Made by a program: the position numbers and the translations under genes
In this document: in pieces, positions 26,900 to 32,305 of the stretch
Layout of the letters: each line of letters begins with the position of its first letter
How positions within the stretch are numbered: position 1 is the stretch's first letter
From: a virus
Lineage: Duplodnaviria > Heunggongvirae > Uroviricota > Caudoviricetes
Reading direction: 5' to 3' (one strand)
Virus record (IMG/VR): IMGVR_UViG_2737471861_000014
Coordinates: 1-32,305 of that record
Length of the DNA: 32,305 nucleotides
Notes under the pieces: generated by a model
What the model saw: only the letters and a program-made list of their open reading frames with translations
The model's database searches: none
What the model was told of the DNA's origin: nothing

Positions 26900-27338
26900 A
26901 CTGCAGAAGGTGGACGACTGGCTGAGTGCCTTGCTGGCGAATCTGGAACCAGCCACGAGAAGCCGCATGATGCGCCAGCTGGCGCAGGAACTGCGCCGGA
27001 CACAGCAGCAGAATATCAGGATGCAGCGCAATCCAGATGGCAGCAGTTATGAACCGCGCAGGGTAACAGCACGCAGCAAAAAAGGCCGCATCAAACGTCA
27101 GATGTTTGCAAAGTTGCGCACCACAAAATACCTGAAAACTGCCGCCAGCGCCGACTCTGCCAGCGTACAGTTTGAAGGCAAGGTGCAGCGTATTGCCCGT
27201 GTTCACCATTACGGCCTGCGTGATCGCGTCAGTCGCAAAGGACCGGAGGTCCGTTACGCAGAGCGCCGCCTGCTGGGTGTAAATGATGATGTTGAGGCAA
27301 TGACCCGCGACATGATTCTGCAATGGCTGGCGGGGTGA
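26892..27338 (+). CDS. S: Tail completion/virion morphogenesis protein S (P2 gpS family)
   Basis: ORF of 148 aa overlapping the R stop, in the conserved R-S-V order. Confidence 0.7.
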   Translation: MAELQKVDDWLSALLANLEPATRSRMMRQLAQELRRTQQQNIRMQRNPDGSSYEPRRVTARSKKGRIKRQMFAKLRTTKYLKTAASADSASVQFEGKVQRIARVHHYGLRDRVSRKGPEVRYAERRLLGVNDDVEAMTRDMILQWLAG

Positions 27339-27342
27339 TCTT

Positions 27343-27360
27343 TGTATCAGCACTGATACA
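27343..27360. promoter_or_regulatory. Perfect TGT-N12-ACA dyad: candidate late activator site upstream of V
   Basis: TGTATCAGCACTGATACA lies within the 20-bp perfect palindrome TTGTATCAGCACTGATACAA, in the S-V intergenic region. Confidence 0.5.
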
Positions 27361-27406
27361 AGTTGCAGCACTGCCGCCTTTCTTCCCCTGATGGCAACCT
27401 TTCCCT

Positions 27407-27985
27407 ATGAACGCACAATTAACAGAAATCATGCGCCTTATCACCAACCTGATCCGCACAGGGGTAGTCACCGAAGTGGACAGGGAAAACTGGCTTTGCC
27501 GGGTGAAAACGGGCGAGCTTGAAACCAACTGGATCAGCTGGCTGACGCTGCGTGCCGGGAATGCCCGTACATGGTGGCGACCATCGGAAGGTGAGCAGGT
27601 GGTGCTGCTGAGTCTGGGCGGCAATCTGGAAACCGCCTTTGCGCTGCCCGCTGTCTATTCGAATCAGTTCGCACCACCGTCGACGTCGGCGGACGCCTGC
27701 GTGACAGAACATCCTGACGGTGGCTGGTTTGAATACGAACCCGCCACCGGGCGCTGGTATGTCAGGGGCATCAAATCAATGGTCATTGAGGCTGCTGACA
27801 ACATCACCATGAAAACCAGTGAGTTTGTACTGGAGGCTGACCGCACGCGCATTAACAGCGAAGTGGTGATCAATGGTGGCGTTACCCAGGGCGGCGGAGC
27901 GATGAGTTCTAACGGGATCGTGGTTGATGCGCATCAGCATACTGGCGTCCTGAAAGGCGGCGATACAACCGGAGGCCCGGTATGA
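27407..27985 (+). CDS. V: Baseplate spike/assembly protein V (P2 gpV family)
   Basis: ORF of 192 aa with a P2 V-like N-terminus (IRTGVVTEVD ... RTWWRPSEGEQV). Confidence 0.8.
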   Translation: MNAQLTEIMRLITNLIRTGVVTEVDRENWLCRVKTGELETNWISWLTLRAGNARTWWRPSEGEQVVLLSLGGNLETAFALPAVYSNQFAPPSTSADACVTEHPDGGWFEYEPATGRWYVRGIKSMVIEAADNITMKTSEFVLEADRTRINSEVVINGGVTQGGGAMSSNGIVVDAHQHTGVLKGGDTTGGPV

Positions 27986-28341
27986 CGCTTTATAGCGGGA
28001 TGAACAATACCAGCGGCAAAGTCATTACTGATATTGATCATCTGCGCCAGTCGGTGCGGGACATTCTGCTGACACCGCAGGGTAGCCGTATTGCCCGCCG
28101 GGAATATGGTTCCCTGCTGTCGGCACTGATAGATCAGCCACAAAATCCGGCATTACGCCTGCAGGTCATGTCGGCAGTGTATGTGGCGCTGAGTCGCTGG
28201 GAGCCACGGTTGACGCTGGATTCCATCACCATCAACAGCAATTTTGACGGTTCAATGGTGGTGGAGCTGACCGGGCGGCGGAATAACGGTGTGCCTGTGT
28301 CCCTTTCCGTATCAACAGGAGCAGAGAATGGCAGTGATTGA
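27982..28341 (+). CDS. W: Baseplate protein W (P2 gpW, gp25-like)
   Basis: ORF of 119 aa. GSRIARREYGSLLS ... QPQNPALRL matches P2 W as I recall it. Confidence 0.8.
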   Translation: MTLYSGMNNTSGKVITDIDHLRQSVRDILLTPQGSRIARREYGSLLSALIDQPQNPALRLQVMSAVYVALSRWEPRLTLDSITINSNFDGSMVVELTGRRNNGVPVSLSVSTGAENGSD

Positions 28342-29236
28342 CCTTTCGCAGTTGCCTGCACCGCAGATTGTGGATGTGCCGGACTTTGAGACGCTGCTTG
28401 CCGAACGCAAGGCAGAATTTGTGGCGCTTCATCCGAAAGATGAGCAGGAAGCAGTGATCCGCACGCTGGAACTGGAATCTGAACCCGCCACTAAATTGTT
28501 GCAGGAGAACGCTTACCGTGAGTTGCTTCTGCGCCAGCGTATTAACGAAGCCGCGCAGGCGGTGATGGTGGCTTACGCGATGGGCGGCGATCTTGACCAG
28601 CTCGCTGCCAACTACAACGTGACACGCCTGACGGTGACGCCTGCTGATAATGATGCTGTGCCGCCCGTTGCAGCTGTGATGGAAAGCGATGAAGCGTTGC
28701 GCCTGCGTGTGCCTGCAGCCTTTGAAGGGCTTTCTGTTGCGGGGCCAACTGCAGCTTATGAATTTCATGCCCGAAGCGCCGACGGTCGGGTGGCGGATGC
28801 CAGTGCAACCAGCCCGGCACCTGCAGAGGTGGTGCTGACTGTCCTTAGCCGCGAAGGCGATGGAACTGCAGAAAAAGACCTGCTGGACGTGGTGGAAAAA
28901 GCTCTGAACAGTGAGAACGTCCGCCCGGTGGCTGACCGTCTTACGGTTCGCAGCGCAGAAATCATCCCGTATCGCGTGGAAGCCACCATTTTTCTCTATC
29001 CGGGACCGGAAGCTGAGCCGGTAATGGCAGCGGCAAAAGCCAGTCTGCAGAAGTACATTGCCAGCCAGACGAGGCTTGGTCGGGATATTCGCCGTAGCGC
29101 CATCTTTGCTGCTCTGCATGTTGAGGGTGTTCAACGTGTGGAACTGGCTTCTCCGCTGGCGGATGTGGTCCTGAACAAAACACAGGCGGCATCATGTACG
29201 CAGTGGAGCGTAACCAACGGAGGAACGGATGAATAG
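28328..29236 (+). CDS. J: Baseplate protein J (P2 gpJ family)
   Basis: ATG at 28328 (AGGAG RBS). N-terminus MAVIDLSQLPAP and strong collinearity with P2 J (FEGLSVAG ... HVEGVQRVELA). Confidence 0.8.
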   Translation: MAVIDLSQLPAPQIVDVPDFETLLAERKAEFVALHPKDEQEAVIRTLELESEPATKLLQENAYRELLLRQRINEAAQAVMVAYAMGGDLDQLAANYNVTRLTVTPADNDAVPPVAAVMESDEALRLRVPAAFEGLSVAGPTAAYEFHARSADGRVADASATSPAPAEVVLTVLSREGDGTAEKDLLDVVEKALNSENVRPVADRLTVRSAEIIPYRVEATIFLYPGPEAEPVMAAAKASLQKYIASQTRLGRDIRRSAIFAALHVEGVQRVELASPLADVVLNKTQAASCTQWSVTNGGTDE

Positions 29237-29834
29237 TCTGCTGCCACCGGGTTCAACTTCACTGGAGCGCCGACTGGCGCAAACCTGTAGCGGGATTTCT
29301 GATTTGCAGGTGCCGCTGCGTGACTTGTGGAATCCGGCTACCTGTCCGGTCAGCTTCCTGCCTTATCTCGCCTGGGCGTTCTCTGTGGATCGCTGGGACG
29401 AGGGCTGGACAGAAAGCGTCAAACGCCAGGTAGTGAAGGATGCTTTTTATATTCATCAGCATAAAGGAACCACCAGTGCCGTGCGGCGGGTGGTGGAACC
29501 GTTCGGATTCCTGATCCGCATTATTGAGTGGTGGCAGACCGGAGAAACACCGGGCACGTTTCGCCTGGATATCGGCGTGCAGGACCAGGGCATCACTGAA
29601 GATACCTATCTGGAACTTGAGCGACTGATAAGCGATGCCAAACCATGTAGCCGCCACATGATCGGCATGTCCATCAATCTGCAGACCAGCGGCCCGCATT
29701 GGGTGGGAGCCGCCAGCTATCTTGGCGAAGAAATCACGATCTATCCGTATATCAACGAAACGATTATTTCCGGTGGCACCGCGCATGAAGGCGGGGCGGT
29801 CCATGTTATTGACACAATGAGAGTGAATCCATGA
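29229..29834 (+). CDS. I: Baseplate/tail-fibre attachment protein I (P2 gpI family)
   Basis: ORF of 201 aa. WNPATCP ... LPYLAWAFSVDRWDE matches P2 I. Confidence 0.75.
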   Translation: MNSLLPPGSTSLERRLAQTCSGISDLQVPLRDLWNPATCPVSFLPYLAWAFSVDRWDEGWTESVKRQVVKDAFYIHQHKGTTSAVRRVVEPFGFLIRIIEWWQTGETPGTFRLDIGVQDQGITEDTYLELERLISDAKPCSRHMIGMSINLQTSGPHWVGAASYLGEEITIYPYINETIISGGTAHEGGAVHVIDTMRVNP

Positions 29835-31360
29835 GCACAAAATTTTATACCCTGCTGACGGATATTGGCGCGGCGAAACTTGCCAGCGCCGCCGCGCTCG
29901 GTGTGCCGCTAAAAATTACCCATATGGCGGTGGGCGATGGCGGTGGAGTATTGCCAACGCCGGACGCAAAGCAGACGGCACTGGTAAATGAGAAACGCCG
30001 GGCTGCGCTGAATATGCTTTATATCGACCCGCAGAACAGCAGCCAGATTATTGCCGAACAGGTGATCCCTGAAAACGAGGGCGGTTGGTGGATACGTGAA
30101 GTGGGCTTGTTTGATGAGTCCGGGGCATTGATTGCCGTGGGCAACTGCCCGGAAAGCTATAAGCCGCAACTGGCTGAAGGTAGCGGGCGCACTCAGACCG
30201 TGCGCATGGTGCTGATTACCAGCAGTACGGACAATATCACCCTGAAAATCGACCCTGCTGTAGTGCTGGCAACCCGCAAGTATGTGGATGACAAGGCACT
30301 GGAGCTGAAGGTGTACGCGGATGATCAGATGGCAAAACATCTTGCCGCACCGGACCCGCATTCACAGTACGCGCCAAAAGCCAGCCCGACATTTACCGGA
30401 ACCCCCAAAGCGCCAACGCCAGCGGCGGGGAATAATACCACGCAGGTTGCGACCACTGCGTTTGTACAGGCGGCACTGACGGCCCTTATTAATGGTGCGC
30501 CAGCCACGCTGGACACGCTGAAAGAAATAGCCGCAGCCATTAACAATGATCCGAATTTCAGTACCACCATTAACAATGCGCTGGCACTAAAAGCACCGTT
30601 GTCGAGTCCGGCACTCACCGGAACGCCAACAGCCCCCACGGCGGCGCAGTCGGTCAACAATACACAGATTGCCACTACGGCTTTTGTGAAATCGGCGATT
30701 GCAGGAATGGTGGGTTCTGCACCTGCTGCACTGGATACACTGAACGAACTGGCGGCGGCACTGGGGAATGATCCGAACTTTGCCACGACAATGCTTAATG
30801 CGCTGGCAGGTAAACAACCGCTGGACAATACGCTTACCAATTTGAGTGGAAAGGATGTAGCTGGTCTTCTCACATACCTTGGTTTGGGAGAAGGCTCTGC
30901 ATTACCTGTTGGTGTGCCTGTTCCATGGCCTTCAGCCACACCGCCAACAGGCTGGCTGAAATGCAACGGTGCGGCATTTTCTGCTGAAGAATACCCGGAA
31001 CTGGCAAAGGCTTATCCAACAAATAAATTACCTGATTTACGCGGTGAGTTTATTCGTGGCTGGGATGACGGGCGCGGTATTGATGCAGGACGTGTTTTAT
31101 TGAGTATTCAGGCCGGAATGCTGGAAAAGCACCGTCATCCTGTTGTCGCCAACGATGGGTATGACTCAAAAGAGGAATGGGAACTGGCGACAATCTTCAG
31201 AAGAGCATATACGCAAGGCAGGGGGCTTGATGCTGCCGCTGCCGGAGGGAGTCTGATCCCATCACCGACACTTCATTCACGAGGGAGTATCGGTAATACT
31301 GGCGGGAATGAAACCCGTCCACGAAATATTGCATTTAACTATATCGTGAGGGCTGCATAA
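29831..31360 (+). CDS. H: Tail fibre protein H (P2 gpH-like N-terminus; collar-type C-terminal receptor-binding region)
   Basis: ORF of 509 aa. The N-terminal ~170 aa match P2 H. Two tandem tail-fibre repeats. The C-terminus (PWPS ... GWLKCNGAAFS ... LPDLRGEFIRGW) resembles Mu S / e14-type tail-collar domains rather than P2 H. Confidence 0.8.
   Translation: MSTKFYTLLTDIGAAKLASAAALGVPLKITHMAVGDGGGVLPTPDAKQTALVNEKRRAALNMLYIDPQNSSQIIAEQVIPENEGGWWIREVGLFDESGALIAVGNCPESYKPQLAEGSGRTQTVRMVLITSSTDNITLKIDPAVVLATRKYVDDKALELKVYADDQMAKHLAAPDPHSQYAPKASPTFTGTPKAPTPAAGNNTTQVATTAFVQAALTALINGAPATLDTLKEIAAAINNDPNFSTTINNALALKAPLSSPALTGTPTAPTAAQSVNNTQIATTAFVKSAIAGMVGSAPAALDTLNELAAALGNDPNFATTMLNALAGKQPLDNTLTNLSGKDVAGLLTYLGLGEGSALPVGVPVPWPSATPPTGWLKCNGAAFSAEEYPELAKAYPTNKLPDLRGEFIRGWDDGRGIDAGRVLLSIQAGMLEKHRHPVVANDGYDSKEEWELATIFRRAYTQGRGLDAAAAGGSLIPSPTLHSRGSIGNTGGNETRPRNIAFNYIVRAA
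30371..30814 (+). repeat. Tandem ~222-bp (74-aa) in-frame repeat within the tail fibre gene
   Basis: Two consecutive 74-aa units: APKASPTFTGTPKAP ... DPNFSTTINNALALK and APLSSPALTGTPTAP ... DPNFATTMLNALAGK. Confidence 0.6.
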
Positions 31361-31962
31361 TGGATAACGCCGTATTAAATAGCGAGCTTATTACCACGAA
31401 GGCGGGGAATATTACCGTCTATAACTATGATGGTGAGACGCGGGAATATATTTCTGCATCAACTGAATATCTTGCAGTGGGTGTCGGTATTCCAGCATAT
31501 TCCTGTTTAGACGCTCCTGGTACATCTAAGGCTGGTTATACAATTTGCCGTTCTGTGGATTTAAAATCATGGGAATATGTGTCAGACCATCGCGGTGAAA
31601 TCATCTATAACACCGAAACGGGAGATGCCAAAGAAATCACAGCACTAGGCGACTATCCCGAAAATACAACCACTATCGCCCCGTTAACGCCATACGATAA
31701 ATGGGATGGTGAAAAATGGGTGACAGATACTGAGGCACAACACGGTGCCGCAGTAGAAGCGGCAGAAGCACAGCGCCAGTCACTGATTGATGCAGCAATG
31801 GCTTCCATCAGTCTGATTCAACTGAAATTGCAGGCCGGACGTAAACTGACGCAGGCAGAAACAACCAGACTTAACGCTGTGCTGGATTACATTGACGCGG
31901 TGACGGTAACAGATACCAGCACCGCGCCGGATGTCATCTGGCCTGAACTGCCGGAGGCGTAG
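31360..31962 (+). CDS. G: Tail fibre assembly chaperone (P2 gpG-like)
   Basis: ORF of 200 aa immediately after H. C-terminus LDYIDAVTVTDTSTAPDVIWPELPEA is typical of Tfa proteins. Confidence 0.75.
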   Translation: MDNAVLNSELITTKAGNITVYNYDGETREYISASTEYLAVGVGIPAYSCLDAPGTSKAGYTICRSVDLKSWEYVSDHRGEIIYNTETGDAKEITALGDYPENTTTIAPLTPYDKWDGEKWVTDTEAQHGAAVEAAEAQRQSLIDAAMASISLIQLKLQAGRKLTQAETTRLNAVLDYIDAVTVTDTSTAPDVIWPELPEA

Positions 31963-32305
31963 GCCATTCAATATCTGGCGCACTGGAGGTATCAACCAGC
32001 TCCAGTGCATCCAGATAATCCAGCCACAAATTATATTGCGCCAGTTCCTCACCTTTCAGACGACCAATAGCGGCTTTACCGGGCCATTGCTTACTGTTCA
32101 TGTATTCGTTGGCCTGGTTAATTAGTAGCTGTCTTTCTGATTCAGTAATTTCAATAAGCTCTTCATGCGTGGGTGGAGGAATATCTGCCCACGCAGGCAG
32201 CCCATCATCTCCGGCAATACGGATTTTTCCTTGTGGCGGTTCAGCCATAAACTCACTGATAATATTTTGATTTACTTCCTTAGCGTCTGATAAATCCCAT
32301 CCCTC
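31934..32305 (-). CDS. Second tail fibre assembly protein (partial; 5' end lies beyond the window), convergent with G
   Basis: The minus-strand frame is open to the window edge. C-terminus LWLDYLDALELVDTSSAPDIEWPTPP parallels the G C-terminus. Its 3' end overlaps G by 29 bp. Confidence 0.6.
   Translation of the reverse strand, partial: EGWDLSDAKEVNQNIISEFMAEPPQGKIRIAGDDGLPAWADIPPPTHEELIEITESERQLLINQANEYMNSKQWPGKAAIGRLKGEELAQYNLWLDYLDALELVDTSSAPDIEWPTPPAVQAR

Larger units (their letters stand above)
7886..32305. mobile_element. P2/186-like prophage (partial; continues beyond the right window end)
   Basis: Gene order is collinear with P2/186: int, CI, apl/cox, cII, A, cos, Q, P, O, N, M, L, X, lysis genes, R, S, V, W, J, I, H, G. 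The left boundary is uncertain; it may extend to the att repeat at 5576. Confidence 0.85.

Noticed and set aside
28232-29134. 300-aa minus-strand ORF opposite the baseplate J gene, and a 213-aa minus ORF opposite H (30325-30966)
   Set aside because: J and H in the plus frame match P2 homologues strongly; the antisense ORFs are Arg/Cys/His-rich low-complexity translations typical of non-coding frames.
30371-30814. Tandem repeat considered as a possible CRISPR or VNTR-like array
   Set aside because: Only two ~222-bp units, in frame and encoding conserved tail-fibre repeat motifs; no short spacer/repeat periodicity anywhere in the window.
1-32305. Insertion sequences, transposase genes, rRNA genes or complete tRNA genes
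   Set aside because: No transposase-like ORF or terminal inverted repeats flanking one, and no rRNA/tRNA-like structured sequence apart from the ssrA fragment; mobility here is phage and integrase based.

Overview
This window is an accessory, phage-derived region with three parts, annotated by eye from motifs and remembered homologies (no searches were run). (1) 1-5576: the integrase-proximal end of a P4/CP4-57-like integrative element: an AT-rich two-gene cassette (histidine-kinase-like ATPase plus receiver-domain protein, 142-3610), a small membrane protein, a P4-type integrase (4137-5408, minus strand) and a 45-bp fragment identical to the 3' end of the tmRNA gene ssrA (5532-5576), which I read as an attachment-site repeat. 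(2) 5577-7885: an AT-rich segment with a P-loop kinase/cytidine-deaminase fusion gene (5769-7505) of the dCTP-deaminase antiphage type. (3) 7886 to the window end: a P2/186-like prophage, running integrase, CI, Apl/Cox-like, CII, small early genes, TraR-like zinc finger, Dam, replication protein A, a LexA box with a DinI-like gene, a cos-like sequence, then portal, terminase, scaffold, capsid, lysis, baseplate and tail-fibre genes, ending in two convergent tail-fibre assembly genes. Between the cos-like site and the portal gene sits an AT-rich three-gene cassette (15645-18547) with no domain I can recognise; it occupies the variable cargo position of P2-like prophages and is my top candidate for an undescribed system, most plausibly antiphage defence. 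The two-component-like cassette at 142-3610 is the second candidate.
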